A DNA stretch of 64,000 nt, taken from NCBI GenBank assembly GCA_020073495.1, contig JAIQFD010000007.1, positions 3,891 to 67,890 of the forward strand, in the 5' to 3' direction. Position 1 is the first letter of the stretch, and each line of letters begins with the position of its first letter. The notes under the pieces were generated by a model, which worked only from the letters and a program-made list of their open reading frames with translations, was not told the origin of the DNA and ran no database searches. Source of the DNA: Terriglobia bacterium. Lineage in GTDB: Bacteria > Acidobacteriota > Terriglobia > Terriglobales > Acidobacteriaceae. The position numbers and the translations under genes are program-made. Shown here piece after piece: positions 28,661 to 37,222 of the stretch.

Positions 28661-29593
28661 TCAACGGCCTTCTTCTTCCAGGAACTTCTCCACTTCCATG
28701 GCGGCCATGCAGCCGGTGCCGGAGGCGGTGATGGCCTGGCGGTAGCGGCGGTCCTGCACGTCTCCGGAAGCGAAGACGCCGGGCACGCGCGTGAAGACGT
28801 AGTTCGTGGTTCTTAAGTAGCCGTCGGCGTCGGTCTCGAGCTGTCCCTGGAACATGCTGGCGTTGGGGACGTGGCCGATGCCGAGGAACAAGGCGCTGGT
28901 GGGGAAATCCCACTCCGCGCCGGTCTTGACGTTGCGCAACCTCAGCCCGGTAACCTCTTTCTTCGAGACGTCGTGCACATCGCTCACGACCGTGTCGGTG
29001 AGCATCTTAATCTTGGGATGGGCCCTGGCGCGCTCGAGCATGATCTTGGAGGCGCGAAACTGGTCGCGGCGGTGGATAAGCGTGACCTTGGTGGCGAAGC
29101 GGGTGAGGAAAAGCGATTCCTCCATGGCCGAGTCGCCGCCGCCGATGACGGCGATCTCCTTGCCGCTGAAAAAGAATCCGTCGCAGGTGGCGCAGGAGGA
29201 AACGCCGTGGCCGATCAATGCCTGCTCGTTGGGCAATCCCAGCCAGCGCGCCGAAGCGCCGCTGGCGATGATGAGCGTGCGGGTCTGGACGGACTCGTGG
29301 CCGAGCACCAGGGTGAACGGGCGCTGGCTCAGATCCGCCTTCTGCACGTGGCCGGTGCGGACCTCGGCGCCGAAACGCTCGGCCTGCTTCTTCATGTTCT
29401 CGATCAGCTCGGGGCCCTGGATGCCTTCGGGGAATCCGGGGAAATTCTCCACCAGGGTGGTGAGGGAAAGCTGTCCGCCGGGCTCGTGTCCCTGCAAGAC
29501 CAGCGGCTTGAGGTTGGCGCGGGCAGCGTAGATGGCGGCGGTCAGGCCGGAGCAGCCCGAGCCCATGATGACAGTATTGCGGATCTCTGACAT
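28661..29593 (-). CDS. trxB: Thioredoxin-disulfide reductase
   Basis: GSGCSGLTAAIYAAR (FAD site), redox-active CATCDGFF, GGGDSAMEE (NADPH site). 310 aa. Confidence 0.95.
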   Translation of the reverse strand: MSEIRNTVIMGSGCSGLTAAIYAARANLKPLVLQGHEPGGQLSLTTLVENFPGFPEGIQGPELIENMKKQAERFGAEVRTGHVQKADLSQRPFTLVLGHESVQTRTLIIASGASARWLGLPNEQALIGHGVSSCATCDGFFFSGKEIAVIGGGDSAMEESLFLTRFATKVTLIHRRDQFRASKIMLERARAHPKIKMLTDTVVSDVHDVSKKEVTGLRLRNVKTGAEWDFPTSALFLGIGHVPNASMFQGQLETDADGYLRTTNYVFTRVPGVFASGDVQDRRYRQAITASGTGCMAAMEVEKFLEEEGR

Positions 29594-29638
29594 GGTCGTT
29601 AGATACGAGTCCGAAGATTTGGATTCAACCGCGAAGTC

Positions 29639-30319
29639 TTACCGGTTCGTCTTCTGCGCTGTGCCCGGAGACTTCTTTGCACCTGCGCCGGCACGCGCCA
29701 ATTCGCCAGGAACGGTGGTGCGCACGGCAAGCAGCTTCCTGTAGCCGGCCAGCACCTTCGAAGCGTTGGCGAAGAGCGACTCGTACGCCCCCTGATCGGC
29801 CTGCTCGCATCGGGACAGCCCGAGAGAATTCTTCCCGAAGCGCTCGATCTTCACCCGGGTAGCGGGTGTGTCATTGGCCAGGGCCGCTGCCGGAGTGGCC
29901 ACAGCCGACATGCGGTCTTCGATGGTCACATCGAGGACGTCTTTAAGGTCGCGCATGCGAAACACCAGCGTCTCGATCAGCGCATTCTCGTCCATGCTCA
30001 TCGAGTACTGGACGTTGCTGAAGGGTGAGTCAGCGACGAACTCCCGCCGGATGCGGGCCCAGGTGGAGACGGGCGCGTCGGGGAAGGTGCTGCGGCCGCG
30101 CGATACCTCGAAATCGGCAGCGAAACGCGGCTTGAGCGGGATCCGCTCCAACGCTGCGGCAATGCCCTGCTTCGCCTCGTCCGACGGCGCGCACACGTTC
30201 ATGACATTGATCTTCACCTGCATGCCGTCTTTCTTGATCTCGGGCGGGGGAGCCTGCTGCGCGCCGGCGACGCTGGCCAGCAGCAAGAACAGGAAGGAAT
30301 ACAGGATCGTCCGGAGCAC
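29639..30319 (-). CDS. Secreted hypothetical protein
   Basis: Signal peptide MLRTILYSFLFLLLASVAGAQQ. 226 aa, no recognised motif. Confidence 0.6.
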   Translation of the reverse strand: MLRTILYSFLFLLLASVAGAQQAPPPEIKKDGMQVKINVMNVCAPSDEAKQGIAAALERIPLKPRFAADFEVSRGRSTFPDAPVSTWARIRREFVADSPFSNVQYSMSMDENALIETLVFRMRDLKDVLDVTIEDRMSAVATPAAALANDTPATRVKIERFGKNSLGLSRCEQADQGAYESLFANASKVLAGYRKLLAVRTTVPGELARAGAGAKKSPGTAQKTNR

Positions 30320-30412
30320 GGCGGCATTCTACCAGCAGTCGTCGGTGGTTGGCCGACGGTGGCCGGAGAAGCTGTGGCGGAGAGCATCGCGGACTCGTAC
30401 AATCGCCCGCCT

Positions 30413-30616
30413 ATGGCAAATCTCGTCCTCATCTACGGCATGCGTCTGCTGCCGGCCGACGAACTGGCGGAAGTCGGCGATGCCGTCCTGAAGCTGAACA
30501 ATGGGCGCGAGACGCGGGTCACCATGCATATTCTGGAAGGAAGCAAGGACGACATCGAGAAGCAATTGAAGCAGAGCGTCGCGGCTTTCTTCGACCTCTT
30601 CTATGGAGAAGGCTAG
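30413..30616 (+). CDS. Small hypothetical protein
   Basis: ATG at 30413 (MANLVLIYGMRLLPADELAEVGDAVLKLNNGRE...). Balanced composition, 67 aa. Confidence 0.45.
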   Translation: MANLVLIYGMRLLPADELAEVGDAVLKLNNGRETRVTMHILEGSKDDIEKQLKQSVAAFFDLFYGEG

Positions 30617-30750
30617 GCGGTCCGTCCTGCTTCTCATCGCAGGAGAAGCTGGCCAAGACGATGGCGCCTACCTGGCCGGACCGCGGCCCGGGCTGCCGCC
30701 GTTCCTGCCGACACGCACCTTCCTCGCCGCTGTGGCGGCCGGCGAGCTTG

Positions 30751-31155
30751 CTAGCCGGTCCTCTTCTTTTTCTGCTGGACTGCCCTCAAGTGCGCGGTGA
30801 TCGTGCCCAAGAATTCCTGGATATCGATGGGCTTGAACAGGACGGCGACACCGCTCTGTCGGGCACGGTCGCTCACATCCTTGCTGGCATAGCCGGTCAG
30901 CAGCACGGAGGGCATCGCAGGCCGCAGCTGGCGCGCGGATGCAATGACTTCGAACCCCGTATCCCGCTCCTCCAGCGAGAGGTCGCACAGGAGGAGGTCG
31001 ATGTTCTGCCGCTCGAGGACGCGCTTGGCCTCGACCGAAGACGCCGCCGTGACCACGTCGTACCCGTGCTGCTCGAGGATCATGCGGTAGGTGAGGAGCA
31101 CAGCGGGCTCGTCCTCCACCACCAGGATCGTCTGCCGCTGTGGCCGGGCTTTCAT
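30751..31155 (-). CDS. Single-domain response regulator (CheY-like)
   Basis: ATG at 31155. ILVVEDEP, LLLCDLSL, LLTGY, LFKPI. Starts 2 nt after the kinase stop. Confidence 0.9.
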   Translation of the reverse strand: MKARPQRQTILVVEDEPAVLLTYRMILEQHGYDVVTAASSVEAKRVLERQNIDLLLCDLSLEERDTGFEVIASARQLRPAMPSVLLTGYASKDVSDRARQSGVAVLFKPIDIQEFLGTITAHLRAVQQKKKRTG

Positions 31156-31157
31156 AG

Positions 31158-32609
31158 CTATCGCACCACCGGAAGATCGATCTTGACCACCGTTCCCTTG
31201 CCAACCTTGCTCCGGAGCGAGATCTGACCGCCGTGGCTCTCGATGATGCCCTTGACGATCCACAGGCCGAGGCCCGTGCCCTTGGCGCCCTTGGTGCTGA
31301 CGAATGGCTCAAAGATGCGGTCCTGGAGCGCCTTCGGGATCCCCGAGCCGGTATCGCCGATGACGATCCGGATGAAGCCCTGGAGCGGGTCGGCGTCGGT
31401 CATGGAACGGGTGCGGATATACAGCGTGCCGCCTTTTTCCATGCTGTCCTTCGCGTTGACGACGAGGTTGGACAGCACCTGCCGGAGCTGATCGGCGGAG
31501 CCGACGGCGGCGGGCAGCGTGCCCAGATCCGCCTTGACCCGGATCGAATCCTGCTGGAGAGGACGGCTGAAAAGCAGCAGCGTGTCCTCGATCACGCTGT
31601 TGACGTCGACGTGGCCGACCTGTTCGGTGCTGCGGTACAAGCCGAGCATCTGGCGAACGATCCGTCCCACGCGCTCGGTCTCTGACTTCAGAATGTTGTA
31701 GACCGGGACGGCTTCGGGCGCGACCTTTCCCGAGAGCAGGTAGATGGCGTTTTTGATCGCCTCCATAGGATTATTGATCTCGTGGGCGATGGTGCCGGCC
31801 AGACGACCGGTGGCGGCGAACCTCTCGATCTCCAGCATGCGGCGCTCGACCTTTTCCTCGGCAGCGCGCAACCTCTCGGATTGCGCGCGCACCTCTTCGC
31901 CGGCGCGGCGCAAATCGGTCATTGAGCTCATCGCCGTCTGCATGCGCACGATGGTGTTCTGCAGATCGATTATGCGGTGGTAGTCATGCTCGACCTTGGA
32001 GAGCCGGGAGAGAGAGCGGTTGGCCATGTCCACCAGGGCGCACAGGCCGGTGAGGTCGCATTCTTCTGCGCCCTTTTCCAGTTCGACAACGACCAAGGCT
32101 GCGTAGGCGCGCAGGCCGCAGATCGAGCACACCTGCTCCGGTAGGCGAAGCTTGCGCCGCCCGTGCTGGTTGTCCACGGCCAGGCATCCGCCGGCATGCC
32201 GGCGCTCGGCCTCCCAGCACTTGGTCCGGGCGCGAAAGATGATGGGGTGGCAATACAGGGACCGCCGGCTGGGCCCGGTGGGAAGCACCGCCGGCTGCCC
32301 GCCGTGCAGCACGCCGATCAGAGGCTTACCCCTTGCCTTCAGGGACGTGCAGAATCGCTGGAGGACGGTTTTGCGAAAGTTGATGGATGCGGTGGGAGCA
32401 ACCTCGCCGGTCTCAAAGTCCACGCCGGCGACCAGGGCGCGGGAGAAGCCCAGCGCGACGATCTCCTCCAGCAGAAGGGGAAAAATCCTGTGGCTGCGCT
32501 CGGCTTCGAGCAGACGTGCGGCGGCTGGCAGACGGGGACTGCTTTGCCGCCACTCCTTGACGCTCGGAATCCTTTCCAGCGCTCCCACGCGGATCTTGGG
32601 TGAGGCCAT
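31158..32609 (-). CDS. Cytoplasmic sensor histidine kinase (GAF-like N-terminal domain)
   Basis: H-box AHEINNPMEAI, N-box VLSNLVVNAKDS, G1 IGDTGSGIP, G2 GTGLGLWIV. No TM helices. Confidence 0.9.
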   Translation of the reverse strand: MASPKIRVGALERIPSVKEWRQSSPRLPAAARLLEAERSHRIFPLLLEEIVALGFSRALVAGVDFETGEVAPTASINFRKTVLQRFCTSLKARGKPLIGVLHGGQPAVLPTGPSRRSLYCHPIIFRARTKCWEAERRHAGGCLAVDNQHGRRKLRLPEQVCSICGLRAYAALVVVELEKGAEECDLTGLCALVDMANRSLSRLSKVEHDYHRIIDLQNTIVRMQTAMSSMTDLRRAGEEVRAQSERLRAAEEKVERRMLEIERFAATGRLAGTIAHEINNPMEAIKNAIYLLSGKVAPEAVPVYNILKSETERVGRIVRQMLGLYRSTEQVGHVDVNSVIEDTLLLFSRPLQQDSIRVKADLGTLPAAVGSADQLRQVLSNLVVNAKDSMEKGGTLYIRTRSMTDADPLQGFIRIVIGDTGSGIPKALQDRIFEPFVSTKGAKGTGLGLWIVKGIIESHGGQISLRSKVGKGTVVKIDLPVVR

Positions 32610-32621
32610 GGGGCCGACTCC

Positions 32622-33263
32622 TTATTCCAGGGGCTCGTGGAGGAACTCGGTCGGAGGCCAGGGACCGCTGACCGCCACGCGAACCCTGCCCTCCGTCTTC
32701 AAGCCCTCGCTCTTGTGCCGGAAGGAGGCGACCTCGTCGCGGGGGACCAGAGCATAGCATCGCAAGCCGTTGGGGAATTCTCGCGTGTGCCACCCGCGGA
32801 TGGCATCGGCCAGGAAATCGCGGGCGCTCTCCGCCACCTGTTCGAGAATCTCGCGCGCGTGCTCGCGGGTCTTCAGGTGCTCCTTCCCGGATTCTGCGCT
32901 GGAGACGCGCTCTCCTCCGTAACTGAGCCGAACCTCCATCTGCGCGAAATCCCGCAGGCGCTGCAAGGCTTCGAGCAGATCATGGCCCTCGGTCTCCAGA
33001 AACACCTCCAGCTCGTCCTCGCCCTCGAGGACGGTGGGGAAGCGAAAGGGAGTGACCGCGGCCTTGGCGAAGATTGCCGTGATGACGCTGTGAAACACCA
33101 GCGCGTCCTCTCGGGAAAGATCTGTTGGCGCGTGCGGGAAAACCGAGTAGTAGCACTGCATGCCGGCGATGGCCTGGCGCTCGACGGGACGCCCGCGCAC
33201 GCCTTGTTTGGGCGGCGGCACGGCGGGCTCGGATTCGGTGAGGCAATACAGGAGAAGAGGCAC
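32622..33263 (-). CDS. GvpL/GvpF-family protein (gas-vesicle-protein-like, orphan)
   Basis: GTG at 33263 lies 8 nt after GGAGG. MPLLLYCLTE..., ...AAVTPFRFPTVLE..., C-terminal VAVSGPWPPTEF resembling the GPWPPYxF end of GvpF/L. Its stop is 12 nt before the kinase start. Confidence 0.65.
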   Translation of the reverse strand: MPLLLYCLTESEPAVPPPKQGVRGRPVERQAIAGMQCYYSVFPHAPTDLSREDALVFHSVITAIFAKAAVTPFRFPTVLEGEDELEVFLETEGHDLLEALQRLRDFAQMEVRLSYGGERVSSAESGKEHLKTREHAREILEQVAESARDFLADAIRGWHTREFPNGLRCYALVPRDEVASFRHKSEGLKTEGRVRVAVSGPWPPTEFLHEPLE

Positions 33264-33543
33264 GCTTACCGCCTCCGCCGCTGCTGGGCCTGGTTCATGT
33301 GGACGATCGCGGTCTGGACCGCCAGACACTGAGCGAGCGGTAGTGTACGGTGCGCTGCCCGGGTTTTCAACAACAGCCGCCGCCACACGACCTGCGATAC
33401 GGGAGGCGCAGCAAGTCAAGCGCTCAAATCCGGCGGTTCTCCGCAGAACCTTCGGGCCGCCGGAAGCGTACTTCTGCACAGGAGATGCGGCAGCGGGGCA
33501 GCACCTGTTGCGGCAGCTATAATCGACCTTTCAGGAATCCTTG

Positions 33544-35718
33544 ATGGCTCTCTTCTCCAACAAGTACGGGCGTCGCAGAATCGCCGCCCTGGCGCCGCGG
33601 ACGGCGCTGGGACGCTTCACCCTGTATCTGCTAGCAGTGGATTTGGTGCTCTACGTGGTGCAGAAGGTAGTGGCGCTGATTTCTCCGGCGGCCGCGGCGC
33701 GCACCGGGCTAAGCGGCTGGGTCTCGTTCCTGACATTCGTGCTCTTGATCCTGGGCGGGGTGCTGGGGTTCCGCTGGCTGCGCGACAAGTTGTTGTGGCG
33801 GCTGCGGAACCGGTTGATCGTCACCTACGTATTCATCGGTGTCATTCCCGTGTTCCTGATCGCGACCATCGCGGTCGGCGCCGCGTACCTGTTCGCGGGG
33901 CAGTTCGCCACTTACCTGGTGACCGCGGACATCCAGTCGGAACTGCGCACGCTGGAGGCGGCGAACGCCATGATCGCGGCGGAGTACGCGCACAGCGTCG
34001 CCACCGGAGAGCGGCAGACAGCGTTGCCCGCCTTGCGCGACCCGAAGCTGGAGCATCGCTGGGCCGAGCGCCAGGTGACGGCCTGGCATCGCGGCAACAC
34101 GAGGCTTCTGCAAGGTCCGGCGGGAGCGAAGCCGCTGGCCCGTCCTCCATGGCTGAAGGACGACTTTCGCGGCGTGACCTTCGACCCGGCGGGGGCGTAC
34201 CTGCGAGTGTCGAACACCGTCATGGCCGGAGGCGAGCCGCTCACGATCATCTCCAGCGAGCCCCTGGATGCCGCGCGCCTGCAGGAGATAACGGCACATT
34301 TCGGAGAGATCACCATCACCGACATCAGCGCCCGCGCCACGCGGGCGTCGACGCCGGCGGAGGGCACCACGGGCCGGCCGCCGGGGAAACCAGGCTCGCG
34401 CCTGGTGATCGGCAATGAATCGGTCCCCCTGGAGGAGGCGGAGAAGGGCGTGCGCATGCCCAAGGTGACTGCGGGTAGCCTGCCGCCACCGGAAGCCCGA
34501 GTCGACCTTGAATTCACCTTCCTCGCCCTGTTCGACGTCATCGACTGGCGTGACGGGGAAACCGCGAAGGAGGGCCTGATCGTTCATAGCCGCCTCTCGG
34601 CTTTGTACGCGCGCCTGTTTCGGACACTGGGACAACTGACGCAGGCCATCCTCTACGTGCTGGCTGGAACCGCTATCTTCTTCGCCATCATCGAACTGCT
34701 CGCGCTGTTCATCGGACTGGGGCTGACGCGGACGATCACGCGATCGGTGGCAGAGCTGTACGAGGGCACGCAGCACGTGAACCGCGGCGACTTCAGCTAC
34801 CGCATCCCGGTGCGCTCGAAAGACCAGCTAGCCGCGCTGGAGACATCGTTCAATTCCATGAACGAATCGCTCGAACGGCTGATCGCCGAGCAGAAGGAGA
34901 AGCAGCGACTGGAGAACGAGCTGGCCATCGCGCAGGAGGTGCAGGCACAGCTCTTTCCCAAGCAGAAGACCGAATTGGAATCGCTGGAGGTTTTCGGGGT
35001 CTGCCGGCCGGCGAGGACGGTGAGCGGCGACTACTACGACTTCCTGCCGCTGGGCCCGGACCGCCTGGGGATCGCGGTCGGGGACATCTCGGGCAAAGGA
35101 ATCTCGGCCGCGCTGCTGATGGCCACCGTGCACTCGGCCGTCCGCGCGTATGAGTTCGGCCGCATGCCGGCGATGGCAGGACGCTTGGTGGCCGCCGGAA
35201 GCTCCCGGACGCACGTGCTGGAGATGACCTCAGGGCCGCCGCCGGACAGCGAGTTCTCGCCCGCCAACGTGCTGACGGTGCTGAACCGGCAGCTGTTCCA
35301 CAGCACCCCCACCGAAAAGTACGCGACGCTGTTCATGAGCGTGTACGACGCGCGCACGCGAACGCTCAATTTCTCCAACGCCGGACACCTGCCGCCGATC
35401 ATCATCGGCAACGACGGCTCGCTGCGCAAACTGGACACGGCCGGGCTCGTTGTGGGGCTGTTCGACCGCCAGGGATACGAGGAGCAGTCGGTGCAGCTCA
35501 GAGCGGGCGAGATCTTCCTTGCCTACAGCGACGGGGTGACTGAACCGGAGAACGAATTCGGCGAGTTCGGCGAGGAGCGGCTCATCGAGATCGTGCGCGA
35601 CCATCGCCATTTGCCGCTGGCACAGATCTCCGAGCTGGTGACCGGCGCGGTGCAGGAGTGGATCGGCGCCCGCGAACAGCCGGACGACATCACCCTAGTG
35701 CTGGCGCGGCCGCGCTGA
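33544..35718 (+). CDS. Membrane HAMP-domain PP2C/SpoIIE-family protein phosphatase (RsbU-like)
   Basis: N-terminal TM helices and a periplasmic-sized loop. HAMP (TRSVAELYEGTQHVNRGDFSYRIPVRSKDQLAALETSFNSM). SpoIIE motifs SGDYYDF, GDISGKG, SDGVTE. Confidence 0.9.
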   Translation: MALFSNKYGRRRIAALAPRTALGRFTLYLLAVDLVLYVVQKVVALISPAAAARTGLSGWVSFLTFVLLILGGVLGFRWLRDKLLWRLRNRLIVTYVFIGVIPVFLIATIAVGAAYLFAGQFATYLVTADIQSELRTLEAANAMIAAEYAHSVATGERQTALPALRDPKLEHRWAERQVTAWHRGNTRLLQGPAGAKPLARPPWLKDDFRGVTFDPAGAYLRVSNTVMAGGEPLTIISSEPLDAARLQEITAHFGEITITDISARATRASTPAEGTTGRPPGKPGSRLVIGNESVPLEEAEKGVRMPKVTAGSLPPPEARVDLEFTFLALFDVIDWRDGETAKEGLIVHSRLSALYARLFRTLGQLTQAILYVLAGTAIFFAIIELLALFIGLGLTRTITRSVAELYEGTQHVNRGDFSYRIPVRSKDQLAALETSFNSMNESLERLIAEQKEKQRLENELAIAQEVQAQLFPKQKTELESLEVFGVCRPARTVSGDYYDFLPLGPDRLGIAVGDISGKGISAALLMATVHSAVRAYEFGRMPAMAGRLVAAGSSRTHVLEMTSGPPPDSEFSPANVLTVLNRQLFHSTPTEKYATLFMSVYDARTRTLNFSNAGHLPPIIIGNDGSLRKLDTAGLVVGLFDRQGYEEQSVQLRAGEIFLAYSDGVTEPENEFGEFGEERLIEIVRDHRHLPLAQISELVTGAVQEWIGAREQPDDITLVLARPR

Positions 35719-36894
35719 CGGCGCCTTCCCCTCATTTCTGGAATTCTCTTTCGCGAATGGACCACGGCCACCGGGAAAGGGCGTGTAGAGCGGATCTCCG
35801 AGATTGATGATCTGCCACTTGATCATGGCGGTGTTGCGCAGGAACGCGTCGCCGACGTTCGCGCCCTCGAACAGATTGCGGAAGATCCCCGCGGGGTGCG
35901 GCAGCCCGGTCAGGTAGGGCTCGGTGACCGATCCTGAGGTCACGGTGATGCCGCGGTGGATGGCGTTCGCGGACCAACTCTTCCCCGAGCGTGGATTGGT
36001 CGCAGACCCGCTATCGAGGTGAAAGCCCACAGCGCCGGGGCGCCAGGTGAATACATCGTTGTAATGCCCCATGGAGTACCAACCGGAATAAAGCGCAGCG
36101 TCGTCGCAACGCGCGGGCGCCGGCGGGGTCCCAAACTCGGCCTCGTTCGTGTCCTCGACCACGTGGAAGCCCGCCTGGCGCGCGAACTGCGCGGCGCGAA
36201 ACAGATCCCAATCACCCGCGCCGTAACCTGAATCTTGTACTAACCTCATGTTCTCGCCGCCGCCGCGCCGGTCGAAGCACGCGGTCCCGGAGAGGCCCTT
36301 CTGCTCCGCGTCGATGGCCTTGTCCACCATGCCCTTGGCCAGCTGCGGCGTGTGCGCGTCCAAGCGCCAGACCGAGTAGATCAGCTTCGCCCCAGTCTGC
36401 CCGCGGTATTCGGCCAGCGGGACAAAGGGCGGATACAGTTCTCGCTGATTGAACAGCGGGGCGAAATATGGGTTGGGCTCCGGAGATCGGGCGGTCTCGT
36501 CCCAAACATCGGCCAGGTACGAGTCGATGGCCATGCCGGCACCTTCCGGTGCGCCGCTCAGTTCGAACGGAGTGTCGTAAGTCAAGACGATGTAAAGGAT
36601 CTTTTCTTTGCCTACTTTGTTCAGGCACTTTCGGATCGGCTTGGCGAACATATCCGTGAAATCGCCGTAGGCAACGTACTCGACGGGAAATGAAGCTGCG
36701 GCCTTGAACTCCACCGGCTTGAGAGCGCACTTGTTGGCCGCGGGGATGCGCCGCGCGAGCATGTAGTACCGGGCGACCGCCAGCGAATCCTTGCTGTAGG
36801 CGTTGTAGACCACGAGCACGCGTTCATTCAAAGGGACCGGGTCGGCCATGACCGGAGCCGCCAGCGCGAGCAGAAGGAGGGAGCGCTTCCACAT
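35695..36894 (-). CDS. Secreted hypothetical protein (resembles the TIGR03790 family from memory)
   Basis: Signal peptide MWKRSLLLLALAAPVMA, then VLVVYNAYSKDSLAVARYYMLARRIPAANKCAL... 399 aa. The 3' end overlaps the convergent phosphatase gene by 24 nt. Confidence 0.55.
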   Translation of the reverse strand: MWKRSLLLLALAAPVMADPVPLNERVLVVYNAYSKDSLAVARYYMLARRIPAANKCALKPVEFKAAASFPVEYVAYGDFTDMFAKPIRKCLNKVGKEKILYIVLTYDTPFELSGAPEGAGMAIDSYLADVWDETARSPEPNPYFAPLFNQRELYPPFVPLAEYRGQTGAKLIYSVWRLDAHTPQLAKGMVDKAIDAEQKGLSGTACFDRRGGGENMRLVQDSGYGAGDWDLFRAAQFARQAGFHVVEDTNEAEFGTPPAPARCDDAALYSGWYSMGHYNDVFTWRPGAVGFHLDSGSATNPRSGKSWSANAIHRGITVTSGSVTEPYLTGLPHPAGIFRNLFEGANVGDAFLRNTAMIKWQIINLGDPLYTPFPGGRGPFAKENSRNEGKAPSARPRQH

Positions 36895-36916
36895 GGAAGG
36901 GTATTGTAGCTGGGCG

Positions 36917-37222
36917 CTACTCGACGACGGTGAAGCTCCCGATGTGGGTCTCCCGCGAGGTCAGCGATTCGCAGCGGCGGTCGAGATTGCCGTAGGCGGT
37001 AGCGTGCGCGGCGCGGAATGCGTCGTACTGGTCCCGCGAGACCCAGTGATCGAGCACAACGTACCGGTCCTTTTCTTCGCGATCGCGCAGAAGGTCACTG
37101 CGGACGTATCCCGCGCCCTGCCGGAAGAGCCGGACCCAGTCGCCTTCGGGGCCGTACACGCGCTCGAACTCCACCTCCGCACCGGGACGGACATGGAATT
37201 CCCACATGACGACGTAGCTCAT
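36917..37222 (-). CDS. ABM-fold (antibiotic biosynthesis monooxygenase-like) protein
   Basis: 101 aa, MSYVVMWEFHVRPGAEVEFERVY...LDHWVSRDQYDAF. The ATG overlaps the upstream stop (ATGA). The 290-aa ORF-track version is an artefactual extension. Confidence 0.7.
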   Translation of the reverse strand: MSYVVMWEFHVRPGAEVEFERVYGPEGDWVRLFRQGAGYVRSDLLRDREEKDRYVVLDHWVSRDQYDAFRAAHATAYGNLDRRCESLTSRETHIGSFTVVE

